The notes below the pieces were generated by a model. It had not been told where the DNA came from, did not search any database, and saw only the letters and a program-made list of their open reading frames with translations. A program made the position numbers and the translations under genes. A stretch of DNA of 54,416 bases, from NCBI GenBank assembly GCA_963575745.1, contig CAUYUJ010000243.1, positions 62,001 to 116,416 on the forward strand, in the 5' to 3' direction. This document shows positions 1 to 11,539 of the stretch, one piece after another (position 1 is the first letter of the stretch; each line of letters starts with the position of its first letter). Source of the stretch: Prorocentrum cordatum (lineage: Eukaryota).

Positions 1-70
1 GGTACCCTTGGAATCCGCAGGGTCGAACTACTCATCAGCCTCGACTGCACGCTCTGCTCCTCCGTCTTAC

Positions 71-216
71 CTTCGAATACCCTCGGCAGCCTAGCCAAGT
101 ACCGAACGGATTGCACGGGAGCCTCAGGGCCTCCTTCAATGGGGCTTGACATGTCGACTCGCTCCACCGGGCAGCACTGCACGAGGAAGTCAAGCAGGAG
201 CCGCAGCCGCCTAAGT
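71..216 (-). CDS. Candidate internal exon of a host gene (LRRLRLLLDFLVQCCPVERVDMSSPIEGGPEAPVQSVRYLARLPRVFE)
   Basis: Minus strand shows a tttgcag| acceptor at 217/216 and a canonical GAAG|GTAAG donor at 71/70, with an open GC3-rich frame between them. Product not recognised. Confidence 0.5.
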
Positions 217-392
217 CTGCAAAAGAGCAACAATGCTCCTCGTGCACCCTGCTACCTCCTCATTCCTCCCCTTTATTGCCCCCTCCCCTCCTGCACGGTT
301 TTCCCTCCCCACAGGCCTTGCGATGGTCTCGGCCACATGGCGTCGGCCGTGGCCAGGAAAGCTCGCGGTAGCTAAACGCCGCGGCCAGGCCC

Positions 393-683
393 GAGGAGAA
401 ACAAGAGGAGGAACAGGAGGAGGAGGAGGAGCAGGAGGAGGAGGAGGGAGGAGGAGGAGGAGGAGGGAGGAGGAGGAGGAGGAGGAGGAGGAGGAAGGAG
501 AAGGAGGAGGGGGAGGAGCAGGAGGAGCGAGAGGAGGAGGAGGAGGAGGAGGAGGAGGAGGAGGAGGAGGAAGGAGAAGGAGGAGGGGGAGGAGGAGGGG
601 TAGGTGGAGGAGGAGGAGGAGGAGGAGGAGCAGGAGGAGCAGGAGAAGCAGGAGGAGGAGGACGAGGAGGACGAGGAGGAGGA
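393..683. repeat. (GGA)n microsatellite
   Basis: Directly visible imperfect GGA array. Confidence 0.95.
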
Positions 684-1117
684 CGCTCCTCTTGGCGCTC
701 TCGTGGGAGCCCCTTGGGGCCCACGGCAGCGGGGAACCGACCGGGCGGCCGCCAGCCCGCCTGCATCTGGTCCGCCTGCGCCTGCCGGGCCCCCGCCCCT
801 CGAGGCCTGCCCAGGCGTCCTGCGACCGCTGCAAATGTGAGCAGGGACCGACCGTCCCGGCATTTCTATCGGCCTGACACGAAATATTCTTAGAACCCAG
901 AGATGTGCTAAGAACGCTGTCCTTAGAATATAAAGCCGACGTGTTAAAAGAAGGAAGTCCCAACCAGAAATGTTATAAAAATATTTCGTGGAAGCCACAG
1001 AAGGCTCTTATCAGTGTTTGGTGGGCCTATAGGCACGCCAGGAGGCTTCGCAACTGCTTGACAGATGCCCTCACCCCTGCGAAGCCAAAAAATCCCTCCG
1101 CCGCCGCCGCCTCCGGC

Positions 1118-1680
1118 TCCTGCCTCCTCCGCCTCCTCCTCCTCCTCCTCCTCCTCCTCCTCCTCCCACCCCGCTTGACGTTGCGCCAACTTGAATCCTC
1201 TGTTTGTAGCGTTCTCCTCCTCCTCCTCCTCCTCCTCCTCCTCCTCCTCCTCCTCCTCCTCTTCCCCCTGCCTCCTCATCTTCCCTCCCGCCGCCTGCTC
1301 CTCCATCCTCAACCGCCGGCTCCCGAAAGTTGGACTCCTCGTCCTCGCACCCCCTCGCTTCTGACAGGAGGAGGTATGGTAGGGGGAGGAGGAAGGGGAG
1401 GGGGAAGGGGAGGGGGAGGAGCCATCAGGGCTCCTCCCCCATCCCGCTCTCCCCCCCTACTCGGGGGGGCCTGTCGAGGCCAGCAGGGGCTACCTGGGGA
1501 GCCCCTCTGTGTGCAATCCGAAACCTTACCGAGAAGGAGGAGGAGGAGGAGGAGGAGGAGGAGGAGGAGGAGGAGGAGGAGGAGGGGGGGGGGTCCCTCA
1601 TCCCTGGAGGAGGAGGAGGAGGAGGAGGAGGAGGAGGAGGAGGAGGAGAAGGGGGGAGGGAGTAGGAGAAGGAAGAGGAG
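1118..1680. repeat. (CCT)n and (GGA)n microsatellite blocks
   Basis: CCT runs at ~1118-1310 and GGA runs at ~1533-1680. Confidence 0.9.
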
Positions 1681-2099
1681 TGGCAGCATCCCGGGAACAT
1701 TCTGATGACGCCATCGAGTCGCATCGAGGAACAGGAGGAGGCAAGCCGCCCCCGCGACGCGTTGAGGCCCCAGGCGCCCGCTTGGGCAAAGTTGAAGGTC
1801 TGCGCCGAGAGCCTCCGGCCCAACACCTCGCAACGGCCGGCCGCGGCCCTCTCCCGCTGCTCCGTGTGCCCTCGCCCTCGCCCTCCTCGTGGTCGTCGTC
1901 GTCCTCGTAGTCGTCGTCGTCGTCGTCCTCGTCCTCGTCCGCGTGGTCGTCCTCGTCCTCGTTCTCGTCCTCGTCCTGATCCTCGTCCTCGTCCTCGTCG
2001 TCGGCGGCGGCGGCGAAGGCGTCGGCGTCGGCGGCGGAATCATCGTCCTCCTCCTCCCTCCTCCTCCATCACCTCCTCCTGTCTTTCCTCGGGCACTGG

Positions 2100-4309
2100 T
2101 CATCTTCAATCTGCAGATACTTTAAACAATTGCATTGGCCGGCTTTCACACGATTCTTCCAGAATTTCTGGTTAAGCGGACGTATCACGACAACATGTTG
2201 AACAATCGGGCTGAAGGCACTGTTGAGTCGTCTGGGAGCGGTTGTCTTGGGACCTACTGGATACAGCAGGCTGGAGGCTACTCCCCCACGCTTCTGCAGG
2301 ATTGCGATGGATAGCAAGGCCACGGACTGGGATGGGGTTCGCCCGTACTCGATGCCGAACAAGGCCCTCTAAGACCACTGCAATATCTCGGGCCACCTTC
2401 TGCAACTTCGCGCTCGACAAATCCAACTGGGTAAGCGCTGGGCCAATCGACCCACTCACCTTAGGAAGTTCTTTGTGCATTACTCTGGACAGCATCTTCT
2501 GAGAAAGAGAGTTCACTTACGTCGACAAGGTCCCTCTCGCTTTCTGCATGCCATTGGCTCTTTCAGCTGCGAGACGACCTTAAGGTCTCGGAGGTGCTCG
2601 ACCAAGGTCTTGTTTTACTGGGATGGCTGACGACAATCGGCTTCTGCTGGATGCGACAAACTCGTCTTTCTTCACTGCCATAGACGTTGCCGTGCAAAAA
2701 GCCAGGCAACTTACAATTGCGATCCCGCTGCCATCTGCGGCTGTCCAGGCCGAGTCGCTACACCACAAATCGGCCGATCTCGAAACCTAAATGCCAACGC
2801 TCCCGTGGAAATGCTGGCTCTCCTCTGAGACTCACGACACCGAATCGTGCGATGCGAGGGCTTCATGACACAACGAGATCTTACGAATCGCCTCCGACAA
2901 ATTCACGGGGTCCAAAACGTATGCCGAATACTTACGCCGTCAACTTTCCATTGTCGTGCCAGTGCTGTCGGCCGTTATCGAACAATCGATCCATGTCTTT
3001 GTGCGAAACTCAAACGGGTGTCATATCATGCATGCTCTGCCTGCGATTCCGAGGGCTCGAACGTAGACGAGTTGTACAACTACGCTGGTCTTCGCCACCC
3101 TCTTCGGCCACGTCCTTACGTTGACCATGCCAAGCGAGTTCGATGTGGCAATGACCGTGGCTCTATCATCCTAGTTCAAAGAGCCGCCCAAGAGGAATGA
3201 CGAGGACGGAACCGACGAAGACTGGCACAAGTAGCACAGTGGTGGCGGCAAGGGCAGTTGAGACAGCAGCGGCAGCAACGAGGGCAGCGGCGACAAGCTC
3301 GCGGTGCCCCACAGGCGTCTCACCATCAACCACGCCAGGCACAAGGCCGATGTCAGCGGAGTGCTGTGCCTCAACTACGGGCAGCCCGACGCGGGGGCGG
3401 GCTTCCCGCTGACGTGCAAATCCGCAGGCGTCGCCTACAGCAAGGAGTCCCACGGGCTGAAGGAGGAAGCCGAGTCACAAAACGACGTCGACTACAAGAG
3501 CGGAGGGGGGCGCACCCGCACGTGGTGATGTCGGCGATCTTGCACGGAGCGCGCACGTCCTTCACGGAGCAGAGCGATGAGTTACAGGCTGTGCCCAGGG
3601 ACGAGGCGAACAAGTTCGACCAGCAGCACATCTTCAAGGCGGGCCTGGCACAAGTGGGTCGCAGCATTCCCTACTTTCGCTGAAGGCCGTTGAAGGCACA
3701 AGGGAGACGAGAAGCCGCAGGTGATCACGATCGGCAACACCGTGGCGGCCCAGCTCGAGAAGCTCATCATATTCGAGAAGAGCCAATTCATCAGCGGAGC
3801 GGCCCCGAAGGGGCCCGCTGGAGAGAATGATCGGAACGGAGGTCGAGGCGAAGGACAGAAGCTTAGGGAGAAATGCAATTCGGGCCTCGGTCTCGGGAGG
3901 GTTTTCTCTCAGGCAGCAGTCGGTTCAGGGAATCGGTGATGAGAGGAGTTCTTTCGGAGGGGTCCCACCAGACCTCCTTTGCGCCTGGGTTGACATATGC
4001 TGCAGCGCGCCTGGTAGGCCCCCCTCCCAGAGACCTCTCTAGTTGTTGCCCCTAGGCCGAAAGCAGATCTCAAAGGCAAAAGAAAGGTCGTGGAGTTTGT
4101 GGTCGGAACGGGGCTGGTGGTGTCGTGTGACGCCCCGTGCCTTTGGAGCCTGCCTCCACCTGGATGCGTGCCACGTGGGGGGGTGCAGGACGTCCAATGC
4201 CGCTTTGGGGATCGCGACAGCATGTAAGATGGCCACGGTGAATACGCAGCGATCGGGCTCAGAATTCCACACTTTCAGGCGAGTTTCCCCCGAAACTGAA
4301 TCCCAATCC
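2100..4309 (+). mobile_element. 5'-truncated, decayed LINE-B copy (end of ORF2 with C2H2 remnants, downstream ORF, 3' UTR, AATCCC tail)
   Basis: CEGFMTQRDLTNRLRQIHGVQNVCRILTP (from 2847) aligns with CGHGFQTKRDLMNHMRQIHQVHNLSATLTP of the 24-29 kb element. LQYLGP (~2380) resembles RYLGP. The downstream ORF is homologous and the copy ends in aatcccaatcc at 4299-4309. Left boundary approximate. Confidence 0.65.
3150..3860 (+). pseudogene. Disrupted 3' ORF (ORF3) of the LINE-B copy
   Basis: DKLAVPHRRLTINHARHKADVSGV...SAGVAYSKESHGLKEEAESQNDVDYKS...GAAPKGPAG aligns with IKLVLILGRLVLADSRARAEVPST...SA-GAGYNGQAEELKAEAEQGEAVDLQSRG...GPTPRGPLK at 24915-25623. Several stops and frameshifts; ends approximate. 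Confidence 0.6.
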
Positions 4310-5426
4310 AGAGGCGCTATCGGCGGGGCTCCATGAGATATCACTTTCAGCGATTCTTGTCGGAAGGGGGGGGGGACATGCCCGCCCCCCCTTCAGACGA
4401 AAAACTGTGGGTCGCGTGGATTGCCCGGGGCGCGGGCGCACCCCCTCCCCCCCTTCCGACGGGGATCGCGGTCCATTTTGGCGATCAGTACCCAGGGTCA
4501 ATCCATTCTCGCCCTCCAAACATGTGATACATTGTATTGCAACCACCCTTTCCGACAGGGATCGCGGTCCATGCCAGGAGTCAGCAACCAGGGATCAGGC
4601 CACTCGCTGGGTCTGAGTTCTTGCCAGGACAGTCGTGCCAGATCAACGCGAGAACAACTGTTAGCAAGCGTTGTCTCCAAAGAGTAGGTTCTTAACAATA
4701 TATGGTTTGCAATATATGTGGGGCCGTGTATGTTTGCCATTGATGTGGTGCGATCTAGGTGCGCAATGTATGGTGTACAATCGACGTGGTGCACCGTAAA
4801 TGGTGCGAAACATGTTGCGCTGTATCGGTGGTGCTATAATGCGATATTTGCACACGCGCTCCCGAGGTTATGAGCCATGTCTTTCCCCTTCATTGCAACT
4901 ACCCGCATCCGCCCTGGGGCCTATCTCACCTAAACTCTGATGCGGAGGAATTAGAAGTGGTACGATATTTGAGGTGCAGTCCATGTTGTGCAGTACATGT
5001 GGTGCAAACTGTATTGTGCCATCTGTGGTGGGCAACGTGGTACAAACGACCTGGCGTAGTCTAAACGATCTAATGTATGTGGTTTTGGATCGCGTGTGCA
5101 TCTATCCATGAATGTGGTCAGGGCGGGTTCCGCCACAGAACCTATTACGACGGCAACCCTTTAAATGTCGCATCGCAAGCGCGTTCAAAAGATAGGCGTC
5201 CGACAACGAAAGCCTTTGAATATGATGGCGGTCCCGTGAAAGATTTACGGATTGTCCTTTTGCGGGGCTCTCCTGATGTTTTTACCTAACAGCTTTTGCT
5301 GATAGGTTTCTAGGGGTCTCAAAAGAGAGCAGCAGATGACTCCACAGGGGGGTCGGGGCGGGACCCGGGGCGGTGCCGCCGAAGCCGAAATCGCTTGGGA
5401 CATCCTCGCAAAATCGCTCTTGGCGC

Positions 5427-5753
5427 TCCCAGAACTCCATTCCCGGGCCACATTTTGAATGCCCGGAGCCAACTGTAGGCCACTTCGTGCTCTTCGACTT
5501 CCCAGAACTCCATTCCCGGGCCACATTTTGAATGCCCGGAGCCAACTGTAGGCCACTTCGTGGTCTTCGAGTTCCCAGAACTCCATTCCTGGGCATGATT
5601 TTGAATGCCCGGAGCCAACTGTAGGCCACTTCGTGGTCTTCGAGTTCCCAGAACTCCATTCCTGGGCATGATTTTGAATGCCCGGAGCCAACTGTAGGCC
5701 ACTTCGTGTTCTTCGAGTTCCCAGAACTCCATTCCCGGGCCACATTTTGAATG
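5427..5753. repeat. 73-bp tandem minisatellite, ~4.4 copies
   Basis: The agaactccatt anchor recurs at 5431, 5504, 5577, 5650 and 5723, an exact 73-bp spacing. Confidence 0.95.
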
Positions 5754-6081
5754 CTGAGGCAGGCTGATGCTGAGGCTGAGGCAGGCTGAGGCTGAGGCAG
5801 GCTGAGGCTGAGGCCGAGGCTGAAGGCAGACTGAGGCTGAGGCTGAAGCAGGCTGAGGCTGAGGCTGAGGCAGGCTGAGGCTGAGGCTGAGGCAGGCTGA
5901 TGCTGAGGCAGGCTGAGGCTGAGGCTGAGGCTGATGCAGGCTGAGGCTGAGGCAGGCTGAGGCTGAGGCCGAGGCTGAAGGCAGACTGAGGCTGAGGCTG
6001 AAGCAGGCTGAGGCTGAGGCTGAGGCAGGCTGAGGCTGAGGCAGGCTGAGGCTGAGGCTGAGGCAGGCTGAGGCTGAGGCT
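5753..6081. repeat. (GAGGCT)n / GAGGCAGGCT hexamer-based microsatellite
   Basis: Directly visible. Confidence 0.95.
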
Positions 6082-7239
6082 GTGACTGCGACTGCCGTTG
6101 CCACTGCGACTGTCATCGCGAATGCGACTACGACTGCGAGAACAGCAGAATTCTACAACTGGATTCTCATCTGAATCTTAAGGGGAATGCTTCCAGATAT
6201 GCTCCTACACATCGCTGTTAGGTTGCTTTGCCGGGATACTATTGTATTAAGCAACAACAGCCAGCGAAACCAACAGCATCAACAACAACACAACTAACGA
6301 CCACGACGGCGACACGAACAACACATATAAAAGAAACCAGACCTCCCGGTCGTTCGGCCAGCCTTGTGCTCAACGAGCCCAGGTGGGACAACCACTTTCG
6401 GCGAATACACCGAGTGAACAAAACAGTAACACCAGCACCAACAGCAACATAAACGACTCTGATCGCCCCTCCCGTAGCGCTTGTCACGGGGTGTCCGCCT
6501 CCCCCCTCCCCTTCCGCAGCGGTAGCGATCGTGCGGCGGGAGGTGGCGCGAACCCCGCCTCCGCGTGCGCGCGGTTGTCGCAAAATAAATACCCATCGAA
6601 ATACACATCGGAGGCGTACACAGCCTCTATTGTGCACGCAGGCGATGTTGAGTACACCAGAGCTGCTCTGCACGCGGCTGTTGTGGTGTACGCAGGCGCT
6701 GTGGTGCGCGCGAGCACCTCTGCCTTGGTGACAGTAGAAGATGATGTTCCGCCATCCCCCCATCTTCTTGTCACAGACCCTGGTTGTGCTCGCGGGCTAC
6801 TGTTGTACTTGCACGCCGCGGTGCTCTCAGGTTATTGTCTTGTTCGCACCGCAAACGAAAAAAAGGAATGGGAGAAGTAGTGAATGCAGCAGAGCGGGGA
6901 GGAAACAAGTACCTGACAACAATTTGCATTCTTCCACGCTTCCACGTGGCACGGGACACGGTGGCGGCATCTTGGCCTCCTGCTGCTGATCCGCCTGATC
7001 CCTTATGTTGACGCCGTTCCGCGCGCATCTGGTGGTGCTCACGGGCGTGGTGGTGCATGCAGATGATGCCGCAGCAGCTACACCGGTCCCAAACATTACA
7101 GTGTCCGCAAGCAAGGAGGTGCACAGAGGGAACGATGTGTTCACAGGCGGCGGCGGCAAAAAATCGGAGGACCGCCCCGGGCCAAAAACGTCAATTCTCA
7201 CTCGCAACTTACAGATTGATGTTGATGCGTTCGGGGCCC

Positions 7240-7815
7240 CGGTGTGCACGCGCCGCTCTGTTGCACGCGGGCGCTGCCTGAGGGTTAATAGGAGCTGCGG
7301 TGCACGCGCACGGCTACGGCAGCACGTCTGGCGACGGTTCAGTGATGTACACTGCTGTTGTGGCGTGCGCATGCCATGTGGTGTGCACGCGCGCTGCGGT
7401 GCACCCGGGCCCTGCGACGCAGGCACTGAAACGCGTCTTTCTGGTGCACGCAGGAGCTGTGGAGCACGCAAGGACTGTGGTGTACACTCGCGTAATGTTG
7501 CACACGGCTATTGTGGTGTACAAAGGCGCTGTGGTACACACGCACGCAGTGCGGTGTACACAGGCGCTGTGGTGCACACGGCTGCTCTGGAGCACGCGGG
7601 CACTGCAATGTACACAATCACTGTGGTGCACGGGCACTGCGGTGTGCACCCACGTTGCGTTGCGCCACGGCGGATGTGGCGTAATTGCATGGGCGATGCG
7701 GTGTGCACGGGCGCAGTGGTGCACGCAAGCATTGCGATGCGCGCTGGCGCTGCGTTGCGCACGGCTGCTTTGGTGTGCGCAAACGTCGCGGTGCGCGCAG
7801 GCGCCGTGCACAAGC
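7240..7815. repeat. Degenerate ~18-bp minisatellite (consensus ~GGTGCACGCAGGCGCTGT)
   Basis: Consecutive units such as ggtgcacgcaggagctgt / ggagcacgcaaggactgt / ggtgtacaaaggcgctgt at 7443-7640; related units near 6630-6720. Confidence 0.75.
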
Positions 7816-7913
7816 AGGCGTGCCCCTCCCCCCCCTCCGGACCCCTGCCCAATCGCTGCCGTTGCCCCCTCCTGCCCGGCTCCCCCCCTGGCCACCGTCC
7901 CCGCATGGCCCAG

Positions 7914-7962
<49 letters not shown>

Positions 7963-7990
7963 ATACATATATATATATGTCTATATATAT
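7914..7990. repeat. (TA)n microsatellite
   Basis: Directly visible. Confidence 0.95.
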
Positions 7991-8280
7991 ACACACATAT
8001 AAACACCCATCCACAAACATACTTCATCCAAGAAAGCTATCCCAATGGCATCAATAGCATCGACAACAATATTACGGACAACAGCAAACCAAGACACCAA
8101 CATCAACATACCTCTTACATAAAAATACGCATCGCGACCATGCTTGGTTAAGCATCGGAACGACAACCCCAACAACTACTACAAATCAGATGACCCGTGC
8201 ACCAAAAACAGCAGCAAGCCAAAACAAACATCGCCGCTGTCCGCCTGGTCCCCTTGGCCCCATGCAGAGCGTTTATGTAA

Positions 8281-8411
8281 GTAGAGGTTCTTGTCCCTCG
8301 CAAGAACACGAAAAGCCAACGGGGCCCCCACCCGACGCGATCAGGCCCCTGTAGAAGCCAAAACGGCGGCGGGGGAGAGGCAGTAGAGCATACCAGCGCC
8401 TATCATCAACA
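8281..8411. repeat. ~130-bp interspersed repeat, copy 1
   Basis: Aligns in direct orientation with 10054-10185; shared core caaaacggcggcgggggagaggcag. Confidence 0.85.
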
Positions 8412-10053
8412 ATGACTCTCATCATTTCTCTGCTTCGAACCCCGCCCGCCCACGCCCAGATCTCTGTGACGTGGGCGCTGTGTGGCCGCGTGCGGCTCAA
8501 GAACTGTGAAACGCATGGATTCAGGAGGCTTCTGCTCGCGCGACTGGGGCCGCCAGCCGTCAGTTGGGCGTGCACTCTCGGGGCCCGCCTTCTCCCTGCC
8601 CGCCGCTCAGAGAGGACTCCGTGCAGGCGGGTTCATCATCCTCTGCCACAGAACACCAAGGGTAGCACGCCTCGCTTCTTGACACGCCGCCATCGTCGGC
8701 CCCAGCTAAGGGACGCCCCGAATCCCCTCCGTCGCTGCTTTCGTCGTCTTCACGCTCGTCGTTCCCAGCGCCCCTCGGCTCGCCGTCCTCGGCAGAGCTC
8801 GGTGACGCCGCCGACAGTTGCAGCTGCGGTCGCAACCGCCAATCGGCAGTGCACTCGGGGGGCGTCGCCGATGCCACTCGGCGCCCTCGGGGCTCTCCCT
8901 GGTACGCGTTCCCCGCAGAGCACGCCGCAGCTGCTCACAGGTGACTCTCTCCGCGCCCTCTCGTCGCCATCGGAGCTCTTCTGCAACTAGCCCCACCAAC
9001 TCCGCCTTCCGCACCTTCCACATGTTCGGCTGGCCGGCTACGCTCCGCGCTGCGCCCGAGCGGGTATGCGGCCCATGTTGCCGTCCGGGTCGGAGCGTGG
9101 TTTCGATCCACGGCGCCTGCCCACGGCGCCGCCACTCCTGCCGCTCCTGGCGAAGACCCCACTGCCAGCCCTGCTTGTTCCGTCTGCGCCTGGTCTGACG
9201 ACTGGCGCACGAAGGGCTGGGCCCGCCCCACTGGGCGCTGCGGTACTCCAGGCGCCGGCGCCAACCGCGCGAGCCCAACGGGGCGTTTCCCTGTCCTCCC
9301 CAGGCTTGGTTGGACCATCCGTAGGCTTTGGAAGTGCCGCCTCCCCGCCCGATGTCCGCCGACCACCTCCCTTGCCGCTCCTCCCACGCGCCGCCCGCGG
9401 CAGACTATGGCCAGGCTTGGCGGTTCCAGCCGCCGCCCGCTCCGTGGATGTCGGGGCGATTGTTCGTGATCGAGGGCCCGCCAGTCAGCTGGGCGGCCAG
9501 CTCCGCTGGCACATCATCTGTCGCGGGTTCCGACGTCGCGCAAGCTCCGCTCGACCGCGTTTCCTGTCTGTTCCGCATCGCTATCCCGCAGCGTGGCGGC
9601 GTCGCGGACATGTCGCGCGACCGCACCCGCGAACGGTTGCGGGCTGTCATCGTGTGCCCGCGCTGCATCGCCATCGCACTGGATTGCGACGTCGCGTGAA
9701 CTCCGTTCCTCGGCGCGCCGCGCCATCGCCGCGGCTTCCCCCGCCAAGGCGTCTATGTCACGCTCCGCGGGGAAACCCGTACCTGCGTGCGGACTAGACA
9801 TCGCGGCTGTGTATCTCGCTGTCCCACTGGCGCTCCGCACTGTGAAGCGTTACCGTCGCTCGGCACGGCACCGCCGTGTGTGTATGTGCTGCCCTAACTT
9901 CCAGGCGCAACCGCGTCACCGACGCGCAAGGGCCCAAGCCACCGACGTTCCGCAGAGCACCGCTGTGGGTTTCCTGCCCTGACTTCCAGGCGCAGCAGTT
10001 CGTAGACCCGTGGACCGAACAAGCTTCACTAAAGCCCCGCTACCAATGTTGAC

Positions 10054-10185
10054 GTAGAGTTCCTTTTCCCTCGCAAGCGCGCGAAAGACAAAAGGGGTCC
10101 CCTCCCGACGCGGTCAGGGGCCCTGTAGGACACAAAACGGCGGCGGGGGAGAGGCAGGAGAGCATGCCAATGCCGACCATCAACA
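10054..10185. repeat. ~130-bp interspersed repeat, copy 2
   Basis: Direct-orientation copy of 8281-8411. Confidence 0.85.
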
Positions 10186-10749
10186 CATAGAATTAAACCG
10201 ACTCGCCAACACAAACAACATCCATATTTGTCTCTGATAGGAGGAGGCGGCAAGAGAGGCGGGGAGGGAGGGAAACGGGAGAACAAATGGATGGACGAAG
10301 CGGGATAGGTGGAAGCGGAATAAAAGGGAAGAGGAGGGAGGTCCTCCTTAATACTCAACGACTTCTCCCCAACTCCTCCAGAAGCTGGAAGAACGGCCCA
10401 AGAAGATCGAATCAAGCGGGAGGGGAGGGAGCGGGAACCCGAGAGTGTTACTAAAAGGGGAGGATGTGAGGAGGGAGGGAAGCGCATCCTCCTTTTCCTC
10501 CTTCTGCTACTCCTCCCGCTCTTCGGTAGTGACGTGCTGCATGATGCGGGAAGCAGGGCTCGGTCATGCTCATACTGTGCACGTTGATCAGATAATGTCG
10601 TTCGCAACGCTTCATGCGTGAGTCCCCTCCTCGAGAAATGGCAGAGAAGGAAAGGTGAATAACAAGATGATGCTCTCCCCAATCCTACCCTCCCTCCGCC
10701 ACTTGCCCATACCATCGTCCCACTGCGGACAGGCCACCGCACACGATTG

Positions 10750-11070
10750 CCCTCGTCGTCGTCGTCCTCCTCCTCCTCATCATCAGCAGTCGTCCTCCTC
10801 CACCTCCTCATCCTCGTCCTCGTCCGCAACCTCCTCCTCATCCTCATCCCCCTCCTCATCCTCGTCCCCGTCCGCATCCTCATCCTCATCCTCATTCCCG
10901 CCCTCATCCTCATCCTCATCCACATCCTCATCCACATCCTGATCCTCATCCTTTTCCTCCTTCGTTTCCTCCTCCTCCTCCTCCGCATCATCATCGTCAT
11001 CATCAGCATCATCAACAGCATCATCAACATCATCATCGTCATCATCAACATCAACATTATCATCATCACC
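10750..11070. repeat. (CCT/CAT)n trinucleotide low-complexity tract
   Basis: Directly visible. Confidence 0.9.
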
Positions 11071-11539
11071 ATACATCTATTCCTCCATCCGTCTCTCCAG
11101 CCGAACGCTCCTGCTCCTCATCATCCGCCTCCTCCTCTTCCTGTTTCATGCTCCTCATCCTCTCCTCGATTATGATTATGATCGCTCCTGGCACTCCCTG
11201 CTCCTCCTCCTTCTCTGTCATCCTGTCGGCGGCCGTCGATGACAGGGGGAAAAGGAGACAAAGAGAAAAAGAGAGAGAGAGAGAGAACAACAACAATAAA
11301 CAATCCAAAAACAGAGGGGGACGCCCGCGCCCACCTGCGGCCACGTCGGGTGGGCGTAGTCAGCCCACGAGTCCTGGGCGGGAGAACGGTAAGAGTAGCG
11401 GGCGGGGCAGAGGAAATGCCCGCTAGCCGCTGGCACTTGCTTCTTAGCGGAGGGCCGTGTGTCAAAGATTCGTTGGTCAGGCACCCCCGGGAGGGTCAGG
11501 GCACGGAGCGAGGACCTGGTGCACGCGTACGGTTCTCTA

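Noticed and set aside
211..2175. Long poly-E/G/P/L/R/S ORFs (also 31407-33190, 34658-35684, 44482-45646)
   Set aside because: Translations of GGA/CCT microsatellites, which lack stop codons in all frames.
4473..4482. CCATTTTGGC, resembling the SL core
   Set aside because: Only 10 nt, lacks TCAAG, lies within a local direct repeat and has no credible downstream CDS.
5427..5753. Regularly spaced repeats resembling a CRISPR array (also 50549-51815)
   Set aside because: Whole units repeat with no unique spacers, there are no cas genes and the context is eukaryotic.
7005..8151. Cys/His-rich ORFs of 240-350 aa
   Set aside because: Products of the 18-bp minisatellite and the (TA)n tract.
8494..8501. 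GGCTCAAG, matching the SL 3' end
   Set aside because: An 8-mer is expected by chance in 54 kb; upstream bases do not match the SL and there is no insertion boundary.
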